A DNA stretch of 64,000 nt from an uncultured delta proteobacterium (GCA_963706575.1 CAVPNL010000004.1:552476-616475); one strand, 5' to 3'; numbered from the stretch's first letter, positions 29,694 through 40,029 are shown. Notes: generated by a model not told the origin, from the letters alone. Program-made: numbers and translations.

Positions 29694-30016
29694 AGTTTCA
29701 TACTCAATCGCGTAAAAAAACGCAGGTTTATGGGTTTGCATTGAAAAGCCGCAGTTATGCAATAAATACAACGGATTAAAATTTATTGTGTCTTTGAAAA
29801 CACCCAATTATTTATAGCGGATAAGGTGAGGCATAAGCTTCAGGGTGATGGTTTCGCCATCGCTCTAAAGGAGTATCCGGAGTACTACCTGGGGTCCGTG
29901 TTTCGGGCGTCTTCTACAGCAAGGATGACGACCTCATTCAGGTGGCCTAAAAACTTCGAATTGTGTTTGTTTGACTTCGGCTATGTACCCGTCATCACGA
30001 TAATATACAACTTGAA

Positions 30017-30067
30017 TCAGCACATCTAACATATTTCAGGACCCTCCAAAGTTTCAACTCAGGCACG
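30017..30067. repeat. Diverged three-copy repeat, copy 3 (5'-truncated)
   Basis: TCAGCACATC...CCAAAGTTTCAACTCAGGCACG. Confidence 0.7.
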
Positions 30068-30362
30068 CTATCCACAATCCAAATCATTTAAAAATGGATT
30101 ATGTTGCCGTATGAAGCCCAAAGTATTGCAACTCGAGAACAAAAGGTAGTAGTGCTTCAGAATTTTTCTATCACAAAAGATACCACTATCTAGTAAATCT
30201 TTACCTTGGGTATTCTGATACCTTCAGTGAATTGTGGGAGTATTACCTTTTCGATTTTGAGATCGGTTTTTCTGAGAGGCATATCGGCGATGTCAAGAGA
30301 GTATTTGCGAAACAATGTTACCGCCGCAATTCCTATTTTAGCTGAGGTAAAGTGATCGATGA

Positions 30363-31277
30363 TCATTTACTCAATTTATTCTGTTTTATGTCAATTTCTC
30401 GCATCAGTTTGAGGACGGCCAGTTCTTTGGCTTTTGCTTCAACTTCCACGGTAATGTCCAGGTTCAGCCAGAATACCGGAAAGTCCTTGAGATTAATGTA
30501 ATCATGATGATTTCGGTGATTTCCATTCTCCCAGGGCTGTAAAGGACTCGAAATATGAAAAAGTGGCTCCCGGTTCCAAGTTTTCAGTACCTGATGAGTC
30601 GCGTCTTTAATGCTCAGACCGTCAGGCAGGCAGCGATGATGATGTAGGTCGTATACGAGAGGGATTTTCAATTTTTTGCAAATTGGCAGCAAATCTCGGG
30701 GCGTATACAGCCTATCATCGTTCTCCAGGGTAAGGCGACAGCGAATGCTTCGTGGTAGACTCCGAATTCCCCTAACCAGGCGTTGTAGGGCCTTATCCTT
30801 GTCTCCGTAAACACCACCGGCGTGAATATTGATCACATCGGCGTTGACCCATTTCGCAACTTCCGTCTGATATCTAAGATCGGCAATTGATCTGCGGGTA
30901 ACCTCTGGATTCGGCGATGATAATAGAATGAACTGATCGGGGTGGAAGCTCGTACGCATATCGTTTCTTCTGCAGAAAGTCCCGCATTTTTTGAATTTGT
31001 TCACGATTTCATTGGATTGGGGCAACGCTTCTATGGTGTATCCTAGTTTAGGATGTGTTTTAAGTGGCAAAATCTGGCTGTTGATCCGAAAGGCGTTAAT
31101 ACCATTACGCCGACAAAATTTAAGTGCCGCGAGAAGAGAATTTGCGTTGTGCAGGCAGATACCGGAAATATAATCCATCCGCTCGTTCGGAGATAGTTTG
31201 CTTAAGTACCTTGCTGTCGTGCGGCGGAACTTTATTGGCTCTTCACGAAAAATACAACACAGACCCCATCGAATCAT
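30363..31277 (-). CDS. uvsE: UV DNA damage endonuclease (UVDE)
   Basis: SFHPDQF, NIHAGGVYGDK, LENDD, YDLHHH, FHISS, HHDY, VEAKAKE motifs. Confidence 0.95.
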   Translation of the reverse strand: MIRWGLCCIFREEPIKFRRTTARYLSKLSPNERMDYISGICLHNANSLLAALKFCRRNGINAFRINSQILPLKTHPKLGYTIEALPQSNEIVNKFKKCGTFCRRNDMRTSFHPDQFILLSSPNPEVTRRSIADLRYQTEVAKWVNADVINIHAGGVYGDKDKALQRLVRGIRSLPRSIRCRLTLENDDRLYTPRDLLPICKKLKIPLVYDLHHHRCLPDGLSIKDATHQVLKTWNREPLFHISSPLQPWENGNHRNHHDYINLKDFPVFWLNLDITVEVEAKAKELAVLKLMREIDIKQNKLSK

Positions 31278-31728
31278 GACTGACCTTTCTTCAAAAAGAT
31301 AGCTGGTCTAATTTTAAGTATCTTTTGGACCAACATATCGAGCTAACTGACATTTTTTGATTGATACTTAGATTAACTCTTATTTGAGCTCCGTCAACCA
31401 ATCACGACCCATAGGGAAAGCGAGCTCATAGTGACCTATTGTTGGTGACGAGTCCCAGTCAAAGGTTTGATTTTTTTGCATTTGCGGAATAAACCAAACA
31501 AAAAGGGCAGCAATTGTAGACCGGCTATTTTGATTTTTTCGCCATCTGACTTGACTATGCAAAGCGAATTCTTAGAATTATTAATATTTTTGGGGTAGAG
31601 CTCACCCGTTAAGACGAAACATTGGAACATCTAAGGCCTGTGAATCCGGCTGAGCAGGATGTTGTTTGTGTTTTTGCGAGCCATATGTTAAGTGAGATAG
31701 AAACTAAACGGAAAAGAAAGGACTAGAC

Positions 31729-32031
31729 ATGCAAGTACAAGACTACTGCAAGGCGATGTTGGCTGAAGTTACAGCATGGAAAGAGAAGCTCGAGGCAATG
31801 AAAAAAGTCGCTGACAGCTATGGAACAGAACAGAAAGAAAAGGTACTTCCGCTTATCGGGCAGATAGAGCAGGAAGTCGTGAATGCGCAAATGCGTGTGC
31901 AGAAGCTCGAAACTGAATGCCCGTCTGACTGGTCGCCGATGAAAAATGAGCTCGATGATCTCTTCGGTACCATCGGAAGCAGTGTCGACCGTGCCTGGCG
32001 CGACCTGTCTCCTGGCGAAGTTGGTGGTTAG
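31729..32031 (+). CDS. Small coiled-coil hypothetical protein
   Basis: AAAGGA RBS; terminator follows. Confidence 0.8.
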   Translation: MQVQDYCKAMLAEVTAWKEKLEAMKKVADSYGTEQKEKVLPLIGQIEQEVVNAQMRVQKLETECPSDWSPMKNELDDLFGTIGSSVDRAWRDLSPGEVGG

Positions 32032-32041
32032 CAGAAATCCT

Positions 32042-32066
32042 GAGGAGAGGCTCCGGCCTCTCCTCT
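32042..32066 (+). terminator. Hairpin after the 31729 gene
   Basis: GAGGAGAGGC-TCCG-GCCTCTCCTC. Confidence 0.65.
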
Positions 32067-32164
32067 GAGGCTGGAATATTTTTTTATGTTGGCTTACCCT
32101 TTACAACCCCCACCTTAAAATTCTGATTGTGGTAGTCGATCAGATTGACGAATCGTTATTGTTA

Positions 32165-32430
32165 CTAATCGCTAACATCTCTTTGTATCGCGAGGTAATG
32201 GGTAATTTCGTCTTTTTCTTTGCGGATCGGAACAATTTTCCATTCCATCATGAATTCGGATCCATCTTTTCTATAATTAATTGCCTGACCGTGAAACAAC
32301 CTCCCCTCGGAAGTATCCTGATTCAACCGTTCGAGTACGGCTTGATCGGTATTCGGCCCTTGTAGTATAGTGATTTGCCGATGATTTCATGGGGCCCATA
32401 ACCGGTAAGCTCGCAGAACGCTGAATTTTT
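32165..32430 (-). pseudogene. Remnant of a LOV-like PAS domain gene (5'-truncated, frameshifted)
   Basis: Manual translation NSAFCELTGYGPHEIIGKS / frameshift / ILQGPNTDQAVLERL...AINYRKDGSEFMMEWKIVPIRKEKDEITHYLAIQRDVSD*. Confidence 0.75.
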
Positions 32431-32631
32431 AAATAAAAAGGCTACAAAGCGGACAGCGGCAGTTCCTTTTTTGTGTGCTCAAATACTAACCTTGCATGTC
32501 CAGCTCTATAGCCAAAAAAAATATGGGCATTGCGCTAAACTGCTGGCGCTTCATCGAGGCGCTATTTTTTGCATTGGATTCTCTGAATTTTGTCCACAAC
32601 GTGAAAAATTTTAAACTTCCGAATGAATAAC

Positions 32632-33573
32632 TCAGCCGTTTTGCAGCTTTCGCAAGTTGTCGATTGCTATTCTGAAGCTATCAACATCCTTTAAAATCTG
32701 CATTTCAGGTCCATCGAAAAAACCAGCCAGAGGCGATGCGCCCTGCCCACCAATGAAAATAGTAATATCATCGCCCAAATAACGCCTCAATTTCTTTATC
32801 TCTAGATTCAATTGATGGCTGTCCTCATAATAGGTGATGCTAAGCGCCACTGCTCGAGCATCCGCATATGCTACCGCCGCTGCAATTTCTTCTGCCGGCA
32901 AACTGGGACCGAAATACAAGGATTGCCAGTTGGATTCACATGCAATTAATGCAATTGCCAGCGCGCCGAGCTCATGCTGATGTCCTGCCGGGGTCGCAAT
33001 GACAATCTTCGGTGATGTCTCTGAAACTTCAGCTGAACGCAGCAGATTCCACAAAAAGGATCGGATGACCGTGGTTGTCATATGCTCATTGATGACTTTT
33101 AGCTCTCCGTGTTCCCATAACTCTCCGATTTTTTGGCATAGTGGTTCGATGACGGCCTTGATCAACTCCAATTTGCTCAGGTGTACCGCTGCTCGATCAA
33201 GGACAGATTCCAAACCTTTGGCATCAAAATTGAGGACGGTGGACAGCGATCGTTCGTAGAAATAGGTCGCATCCAATGAAGCGGATTCGCGAGCAGTAGA
33301 AACCTCGGAAGCAGCTGGCACATCCAACTTAACGAGCTCCATCAAATCCTCGGGAGATAGACCTGCAATCTGAGAAATGCTGTGGCCGATTTTTACACCT
33401 GTTTTCAGCATCTTAAGGCGCTCGATATCCTTTCCGCAAAACATCCGCCGGTTGGTTTCTGTTCTTTTGGGCACAACCGCCTGGTAGCGCTTCTCCCAAA
33501 TACGTATTACATGTGTCGAAAGACCGGTTTGCTGTGCAACATATCGAATTGGATATACATATTTAATTTTCAT
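32632..33573 (-). CDS. carH: CarH/LitR-type MerR regulator with a cobalamin-binding photosensor domain
   Basis: MerR HTH IRIWEKRY...RTETNRRMF; W-x9-EH (WEHGELKVINEH); B12 motif HQHELG ... YFGPSLP ... ALS ... IGG. Confidence 0.88.
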   Translation of the reverse strand: MKIKYVYPIRYVAQQTGLSTHVIRIWEKRYQAVVPKRTETNRRMFCGKDIERLKMLKTGVKIGHSISQIAGLSPEDLMELVKLDVPAASEVSTARESASLDATYFYERSLSTVLNFDAKGLESVLDRAAVHLSKLELIKAVIEPLCQKIGELWEHGELKVINEHMTTTVIRSFLWNLLRSAEVSETSPKIVIATPAGHQHELGALAIALIACESNWQSLYFGPSLPAEEIAAAVAYADARAVALSITYYEDSHQLNLEIKKLRRYLGDDITIFIGGQGASPLAGFFDGPEMQILKDVDSFRIAIDNLRKLQNG

Positions 33574-33579
33574 GGCTGG

Positions 33580-33608
33580 AATATAACATTTTTCTTTGAC
33601 ATTGTCAA
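33580..33608 (-). promoter_or_regulatory. Sigma-70 promoter of carH, probably leaderless
   Basis: Minus strand TTGACA (33608-33603), 17 bp, TATATT (33585-33580), then 6 nt to the ATG at 33573. Confidence 0.65.
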
Positions 33609-33634
33609 ATTTTTGTTTAACTTATGTCTAATTT
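33602..33634 (-). promoter_or_regulatory. CarH-type operator: three tandem 11-bp direct repeats
   Basis: Minus strand AAATTAGACAT-AAGTTAAACAA-AAATTTGACAA; each fits nAnnTnnACAn; overlaps the -35 element. Confidence 0.8.
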
Positions 33635-33701
33635 AAAGTGCATTTATACCTTATTTCATTCAGACCTAAATTCAAAACCCTTAAATTGTTAGGATCTAAA
33701 A

Positions 33702-36200
33702 ATGACCAGAGATGCAAACTCAACAGCGGATAACGAAAAGATCTTTGAAGATCAAATGAATATTCCAGAAGAATTACCCATCTTGACCCTAAAGGAGCAG
33801 GTGGCATTTCCAACACTGAATATGACCTTAGCGATTCAGGCGGAGGCAACTTCACTGATTGAAAAGGCCATGAAAGGCGATCGAATTATCGGGGCTGTGG
33901 GTATCCGGAATCCAGTTGATGATCAGTCCATGACCAAACGGGTCTTTGAAACCGGCACTGTGATCCGGATTTTGTATGCGACCCGTGCATCCGACAACAC
34001 CACCCTGTTGGTTGCCAGGGGGTTAGAACGATTCCGTATCGACCAATGGCTCTCAGAAAAGCCTTACCTGAAGGCTCGCATTACACTGGCTCCTGAAATA
34101 ACTGAGACGGATATTGAGACGGATGCATTGTTTCGCAGCCTACGCGGCCTCTCGCAGGAAGTATTTTCCTTGATGCCCAACATACCCAAAGAGGCGGTCG
34201 AAGGGCTGGCAAGCATCCGAGACCCTTTGCATTTAGCCTATATCGCTGCCGCCCATGCCGATATCGATTTTCAAAAACGGCAAAATCTACTGGAAGAAGA
34301 CCGCCTCAAGGTAAAGCTGCGCGAATCAGTGACGATCTTGTCCCGTGAAAAAGAGGTGCTGGCGCTCGGGAAAAAAATCCAAACCGAAGCCCAAGACGAA
34401 ATGAACAAGTCACAGCGGGAATATTATTTGCGGCAGCAACTCGAGGCCATAAAAAAAGAGCTGGGAGAAACCAATGGCGAGAAATCCGAATCCGATGAAT
34501 ACCGACAACGCATCGAAAAATCAGACATGAGTGCCGAAGCGCGTAAAGAAGCCCTCAGAGAGCTGGACCGATTCGCCCAAATGACGCCCCAGTCGGCTGA
34601 GTACTCCCTGATCAAAACCTATCTGGACTGGTTACTGGATCTCCCTTGGAATCAACTAAGCGAGGATCAAGCGGATATTAAGGTCGCACGGGAAATCCTA
34701 GACGAGGATCACTATGGTCTGCAAGAGGTCAAGGATCGCCTTATTGAATACTTGGCGGTTCGAAATCTTCTGAAGATCCGAGGACCCCAGAAAAATAAGG
34801 AACCCAAGGCGCCATTTTCAACCGCCATGGGCGTCATATTGTGTTTTGCCGGACCGCCGGGTGTCGGTAAAACCAGCTTGGGACAGAGCATTGCGCGAGC
34901 CATGGGGCGTGAATTTACTCGCATGAGCCTTGGCGGAATACGGGACGAAGCTGAAATTCGAGGTCACCGTCGGACATATATCGGCGCAATGCCGGGACGA
35001 ATCATTCAGGCGATTAAGCGCGCCGGCACCCGCAATCCTGTCTTTATGCTGGATGAAGTCGACAAGATCGGTTCGGATTGGCGCGGCGACCCCAGTAGTG
35101 CCTTATTGGAGGTATTGGATCCTGCTCAAAACGCCACCTTTCGCGACCATTACCTGGATGTCGATTTTGACCTGAGCGATGTAATCTTTATTGCCACAGC
35201 CAATCAATTGGAAAGTATTCCGTTGGCATTGAGGGATCGTTTGGAAATCATTCAATTAGAAGGCTATACCGAGTTTGAAAAAACTCAGATCGCCAAACGA
35301 CACCTAATTCCCCGGCAATTGACCAGTCATGGCCTGATCGATAGCGAGATGACCTTTATGGACGAGGCGATCCGGAAAATTATTAGTAGCTACACCCGCG
35401 AAGCCGGAGTCCGTCAACTAGAAAGGCTTATCGGTTCCGTCTGCCGTAAATGCGTCGTCAACCTGACGACCCATGGTTGGTCGCATGTCATCGTTACTCC
35501 TGAGCAAGTGACAGAATACCTGAAGAAAGAGAAATTCGAAACCGAACATTCTGAAGTTATTGATATGCCGGGCGTTGCAACCGGTTTGGCGGTGACGGCA
35601 AACGGAGGTGACATTCTCTATATTGAGGCAACGCGAATGCACGGTGACGGGCAACTGCACTTAACCGGTCAACTCGGCGACGTCATGAAAGAAAGTGCTC
35701 AAATTGCCTACAGCTATATCCGTGCACACGCCGAAAAGTTGGCGATTGAGCCCCAAGCATTTGATAAACGGAAAGTTCATTTGCACGTGCCGGCCGGTGC
35801 AATTCCCAAAGATGGTCCTTCGGCGGGAATCGCCATGACCATGGCCCTGGCGAGCCTGTTCAGCAACCGTCCCGTGCGCAGTGATGTCGGGATGACCGGC
35901 GAAATCACGTTACGCGGGCGCATACTTCCGGTGGGTGGAATTAAGATGAAGGTTCTAGCGGCCCACCGCGCCGGGCTCACGACCGTGATTTTGCCCAAGC
36001 GTAATGCACGCGATCTGCACGACGTACCCGAAGAGATTCGTAATGCCATGCAATTTATACCGGTGGATCGGATCGATGAGGCCATCGATATCGGACTGAC
36101 ACGATCAGAAAACAGCGCGGGAGGCGATTATCGCCCCATTGATCGTAACCTGGATCCACTCAACGAAGAGATTTCAGCGTTAGATTCTTCCGTTAGGTAA
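33702..36200 (+). CDS. lon: ATP-dependent protease La
   Basis: GPPGVGKTS, RGHRRTYIGAMPG, DPSSALLEVLD, PKDGPSAG catalytic Ser. Confidence 0.97.
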   Translation: MTRDANSTADNEKIFEDQMNIPEELPILTLKEQVAFPTLNMTLAIQAEATSLIEKAMKGDRIIGAVGIRNPVDDQSMTKRVFETGTVIRILYATRASDNTTLLVARGLERFRIDQWLSEKPYLKARITLAPEITETDIETDALFRSLRGLSQEVFSLMPNIPKEAVEGLASIRDPLHLAYIAAAHADIDFQKRQNLLEEDRLKVKLRESVTILSREKEVLALGKKIQTEAQDEMNKSQREYYLRQQLEAIKKELGETNGEKSESDEYRQRIEKSDMSAEARKEALRELDRFAQMTPQSAEYSLIKTYLDWLLDLPWNQLSEDQADIKVAREILDEDHYGLQEVKDRLIEYLAVRNLLKIRGPQKNKEPKAPFSTAMGVILCFAGPPGVGKTSLGQSIARAMGREFTRMSLGGIRDEAEIRGHRRTYIGAMPGRIIQAIKRAGTRNPVFMLDEVDKIGSDWRGDPSSALLEVLDPAQNATFRDHYLDVDFDLSDVIFIATANQLESIPLALRDRLEIIQLEGYTEFEKTQIAKRHLIPRQLTSHGLIDSEMTFMDEAIRKIISSYTREAGVRQLERLIGSVCRKCVVNLTTHGWSHVIVTPEQVTEYLKKEKFETEHSEVIDMPGVATGLAVTANGGDILYIEATRMHGDGQLHLTGQLGDVMKESAQIAYSYIRAHAEKLAIEPQAFDKRKVHLHVPAGAIPKDGPSAGIAMTMALASLFSNRPVRSDVGMTGEITLRGRILPVGGIKMKVLAAHRAGLTTVILPKRNARDLHDVPEEIRNAMQFIPVDRIDEAIDIGLTRSENSAGGDYRPIDRNLDPLNEEISALDSSVR

Positions 36201-36291
36201 ATCGAAAGCTTTTACACCGAATAATGAGCCACTAAAAATCGGCCTGGTAAACGCATTGAGTCTTCGCGCGTAATAAAGAAAGGATTGACCC

Positions 36292-38157
36292 ATGCAGAAT
36301 CAAAATCGGCTAAGAACATTAATAATTATTGGTGGTATTTGGCTTGCCTTGCTGCTGTTTAATTTTCTATCGACGAATGCCGCCGTGAAGACAATACCAT
36401 ACAGCGAATTCTTACAACTCGCCAAAGAAGGAAAGGTTTCGGAAGTTGCGGTGTCAGACAATGTCATTCAGGGCAAAATGTTTACCGACAACTCCGACCC
36501 TGAACAGGGCGAATCCTTCCAAGCGGTACGGGTCGATGCGGAAATCTCTGATGTACTTGAGCAAAACGGCATTGAATATGCCGGAAAAATCCAGTCGAAT
36601 TTTCTTTCAAATCTTTTTTCATGGATTTTTCCAGTGCTCCTGTTTCTTGGCTTATGGTTTTTGATTATGCGACGATTTCAAAAACAGCAGGGGGGATTCA
36701 TGACCCTGGGTAAAAATAAGGCCAAAATCTACATGGAAAACGACGTCGAGGTCAGATTCGAAGACGCCGCGGGCGTTGATGAGGCCAAAGAGGAACTGGT
36801 GGAGGTTATCGATTTTATAAAAGAACCCGAGCGGTTTACACGCATCGGCGGACAGATTCCGCGCGGCATTTTGCTGGTCGGCCCTCCTGGCACCGGAAAA
36901 ACCCTGTTGGCAAAGGCAGTGGCTGGGGAAAGCGGAGTGCCTTTTTTCAGTTTAAGTGGCTCGGAGTTCGTCGAAATGTTTGTCGGTCTGGGCGCAGCAC
37001 GGGTAAGAGACTTATTTAAACAGGCCAAAGACAATGCGCCCTGCATCATTTTCATCGATGAACTGGACGCCCTGGGCAAAGCAAGGGGATTCGGCACCGT
37101 CGGCGGGCACGATGAACGCGAACAAACTTTAAATCAGCTTTTGGTGGAATTAGACGGATTTGATCCGAATATCGGTGTCATCTTGATGGCGGCGACCAAC
37201 CGCCCGGAGATCCTTGACCCCGCTTTGCTGAGGCCGGGTCGTTTTGATCGCCAGATACTGGTTGATCGACCCGACAAACAGGGCAGGAAAGAAATTTTAA
37301 AAGTTCATCTCAAAAAAATAACGGCCGCAGATGATCTGGACGTTGATACCCTGGCCGGTATGACTTCAGGCATGGTGGGAGCCGATCTTGCCAACCTGGT
37401 CAATGAGGCTGCCCTTTTATCCGTAAGAAGAAATAAGCCTGCAGTGGGTATGACCGAGTTTGAAGAGGCGGTTGAAAGGGTCGTTGCCGGTCTTGAGAAA
37501 AAGAATCGGTTGATCAACCCGAAAGAAAAAAAGATTGTCGCCTATCATGAACTCGGGCATGCGATTGTCGCCATGACACTGCCCGAAACCGATCCTGTCC
37601 AAAAGATCTCTATTATCCCGCGGGGTATTGCTGCCCTTGGCTATACCATGCAGGTGCCCACTGAAGATCGGTTCTTAATGCGCCGAACCGAGTTGTTGAA
37701 TCGAATTGCGACGCTATTGGGCGGACGGGCTGCTGAGGAAATTGTATTTGATGATATTTCCACCGGTGCACACAATGACCTCTCCAGAGCGACTGATATC
37801 GCGCGTAGCATGGTCAAGGAGTACGGCATGAGCCGTCAATTGGGGCAGGTCTATTTTTCCCGCAATAAGCAAAGCCCATTTCTCAATGCGAATCCGGACA
37901 GCGGTGGTGATTACAGTGAAATGACGGCTCACTTAATCGACAAAGAGATTCGTCAAATCATCGATGAGCAGTATGAAAGAGTTCTGGGCATATTAAAATC
38001 CAGGCGGGATATTTTGGATGAGGCTGCGAAGAAACTGCTGGAAAGTGAGGTCATAGAGGGCGAGGAGCTCAAAGCACTGGCGGAGACCGTGTCACAAAGC
38101 GGAATGCCAGAAGACGATTCCGGTATTTCACAAAGCAGTCATGCCCTGGCGGCTTAA
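36292..38157 (+). CDS. ftsH: ATP-dependent zinc metalloprotease FtsH
   Basis: Two TM segments, [31 protein letters not shown]. Confidence 0.97.
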   Translation: MQNQNRLRTLIIIGGIWLALLLFNFLSTNAAVKTIPYSEFLQLAKEGKVSEVAVSDNVIQGKMFTDNSDPEQGESFQAVRVDAEISDVLEQNGIEYAGKIQSNFLSNLFSWIFPVLLFLGLWFLIMRRFQKQQGGFMTLGKNKAKIYMENDVEVRFEDAAGVDEAKEELVEVIDFIKEPERFTRIGGQIPRGILLVGPPGTGKTLLAKAVAGESGVPFFSLSGSEFVEMFVGLGAARVRDLFKQAKDNAPCIIFIDELDALGKARGFGTVGGHDEREQTLNQLLVELDGFDPNIGVILMAATNRPEILDPALLRPGRFDRQILVDRPDKQGRKEILKVHLKKITAADDLDVDTLAGMTSGMVGADLANLVNEAALLSVRRNKPAVGMTEFEEAVERVVAGLEKKNRLINPKEKKIVAYHELGHAIVAMTLPETDPVQKISIIPRGIAALGYTMQVPTEDRFLMRRTELLNRIATLLGGRAAEEIVFDDISTGAHNDLSRATDIARSMVKEYGMSRQLGQVYFSRNKQSPFLNANPDSGGDYSEMTAHLIDKEIRQIIDEQYERVLGILKSRRDILDEAAKKLLESEVIEGEELKALAETVSQSGMPEDDSGISQSSHALAA

Positions 38158-38224
38158 CCTGTCTGGGAGGGGTTTCAAAACCCCATCTGTTGGATGTAGC
38201 AAATAAATTAAAATCTTATCGGAG

Positions 38225-38725
38225 GTGAATCCCATGAAAACGTTAATATCTATTATCATATTGATTCTGTTTATCGTCCCCAATGTAATGGCTGCAGGTA
38301 GTGCATCGTCCAGCCCTGCCGTTTCCAAGGATGTTAAAATCTATAACAAAGGGGTTAAGCTGATGCTGGACAAGAAATTTGCTAAAGCTGAAAAGCAATT
38401 CCGGAAAGCCCTGGAAATTAACGAGCGTTTCGCAGAAGCCCATAATAACCTGGCCTATACTTTAAGAAAGCAGGGGGCCGATCATTTCGACGAGGCCCTG
38501 ATGAATTATAATCGGGCGATCGAGCTAAATCCGAATTTACCAGAACCGTATATGTATCGCGGGGTGCTGTATGTACAGATGGGAAACAAATCGTTCGCGC
38601 TGAAAGATCATGAAAAGCTGGTCACGATGGGCCCACCCCTATCAGATGAACTGGAATACGTTGTGGTCAATGGACGCGAAAAAGAGCCTGAACAATTTTT
38701 CGGTGTATCGCGTAAGATGAAATAG
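38225..38725 (+). CDS. Secreted TPR protein
   Basis: Signal peptide; AEAHNNLAY and EPYMYRG TPR motifs. Confidence 0.85.
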   Translation: MNPMKTLISIIILILFIVPNVMAAGSASSSPAVSKDVKIYNKGVKLMLDKKFAKAEKQFRKALEINERFAEAHNNLAYTLRKQGADHFDEALMNYNRAIELNPNLPEPYMYRGVLYVQMGNKSFALKDHEKLVTMGPPLSDELEYVVVNGREKEPEQFFGVSRKMK

Positions 38726-38743
38726 ATTCAGCTTCGCAACGAT

Positions 38744-38777
38744 AACCTCTTGTTTTTCCGATATACAAAAAGAGGTT
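38744..38777 (+). terminator. Hairpin after the TPR gene
   Basis: AACCTCTTGTTT ... ACAAAAAGAGGTT inverted repeat. Confidence 0.5.
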
Positions 38778-38929
38778 AAGCTATCATTTCTAAAATCTTT
38801 CTTGATTGACTAAAAATGGTGATTTATATTCTATTTTTAATCAATTATTTTATTTTTTTCGGGTCAATTAATGTAATTATGAATTTGCTTCACGTTTGAA
38901 AAGCCGCTTAATGAAGGATATTGAAATAA

Positions 38930-39292
38930 ATGAATAAAAAAAATCTCCAATACTTTAAGCGTAAGCTCACTGCACAGCTTCAAGATTTATTGACCGGCTC
39001 TGATTGTAATTTTGGCGACCTTAAGGCACCCGACGAGCATCTGGCGGATCCGGTCGACCGGGCAACTTATACCACCGAGCGTAATTTTTCCCATCATCTG
39101 TGCAGCAGGAACAACAGTGTCATCAAAGAAATCGAGCAGGCACTGCAGGATATTGAAAATGGTGATTACGGCATTTGTGACCGCTGCAACGAGGATATTC
39201 CCATCAAGCGGTTAAAAGTCCGGCCGATGGCGCGCTATTGTATCAGCTGTAAATCGCAGCTTGAAAATGAACAGATGCTCGCCGACAGTTGA
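38930..39292 (+). CDS. dksA: DksA/TraR C4 zinc-finger protein
   Basis: DPVDRA coiled-coil tip; YGICDRC...RLKVRP.ARYCISC. Confidence 0.85.
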   Translation: MNKKNLQYFKRKLTAQLQDLLTGSDCNFGDLKAPDEHLADPVDRATYTTERNFSHHLCSRNNSVIKEIEQALQDIENGDYGICDRCNEDIPIKRLKVRPMARYCISCKSQLENEQMLADS

Positions 39293-39317
39293 GCCTCAAA
39301 TATTCAGGAGAACACCA

Positions 39318-39881
39318 ATGACAAACTCAATAACAAGACCTATGCCAATTTTTGCGGCACGGTTTAAAATAATACCTTTTTTAGTGCTGTTTTTTGCGAT
39401 AACGGGCTGTGCGACCGCCCCCCCGATTGAAACGGTTGATTCGGTCAATATAGAGCGTTTCATGGGAGACTGGTATGTGATCGCCAATATTCCTCACGCT
39501 ATTGAAAAAGATGCTTATAACGCCCTTGAATCTTATCGTCTGGCTGAGGATGGAACCATTGAAACAACCTTTACTTTCAACAAGGGCGGTTTCGATGGCC
39601 CACTCAAGACCTATAAACCCCGGGGGTTTATTCAGGATAAGGAATCAAATGCTGTTTGGGGAATGCAGTTTTTTTGGCCGATTAAGGCAGAGTACCGCAT
39701 CATCTATCTTAACGAGGATTATACCCAAACGGTCATCGGTCGCACCAAAAGAGACTATGTCTGGGTCATGGCCAGAAAACCTTATATTCCGCACGATGAC
39801 TACAACCGGATCTTGGATTTTATCAAATCGCAGGGCTACGACCTGAGTAAGCTGCAAAAAGTTCCACAGCAGGTTAGATAG
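39318..39881 (+). CDS. blc: Bacterial lipocalin lipoprotein
   Basis: Lipobox ITGC; ERFMGDWYVIA; QFFWPIKAEY; YVWVMARKP; AGGAG RBS. Confidence 0.92.
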   Translation: MTNSITRPMPIFAARFKIIPFLVLFFAITGCATAPPIETVDSVNIERFMGDWYVIANIPHAIEKDAYNALESYRLAEDGTIETTFTFNKGGFDGPLKTYKPRGFIQDKESNAVWGMQFFWPIKAEYRIIYLNEDYTQTVIGRTKRDYVWVMARKPYIPHDDYNRILDFIKSQGYDLSKLQKVPQQVR

Positions 39882-40029
39882 GATCATTTAACGGATATTT
39901 AACGTATTTGCCGTCAGATGATTGTGTAATGTGTTCGTAACACTATCCAAGATCCCGGTGGGGGATGTATTCTAATGACGGTTTGATTCTCTTTAAATAC
40001 TGACCCTGCTTTATTGGAAGGACAACAAG

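Noticed and set aside
29845-29940. Fluoride riboswitch-like GGTGATGG..TCGCC
   Set aside because: It forms a simple hairpin GGGTGATGG-TTTCG-CCATCGCTC. The pseudoknot partner is not convincing and no suitable gene follows; an Rfam RF01734 scan would settle it.
31380-31700. Possible structured RNA between uvsE and the 31729 gene
   Set aside because: Only short scattered hairpins; no riboswitch consensus (including cobalamin) recognised by eye.
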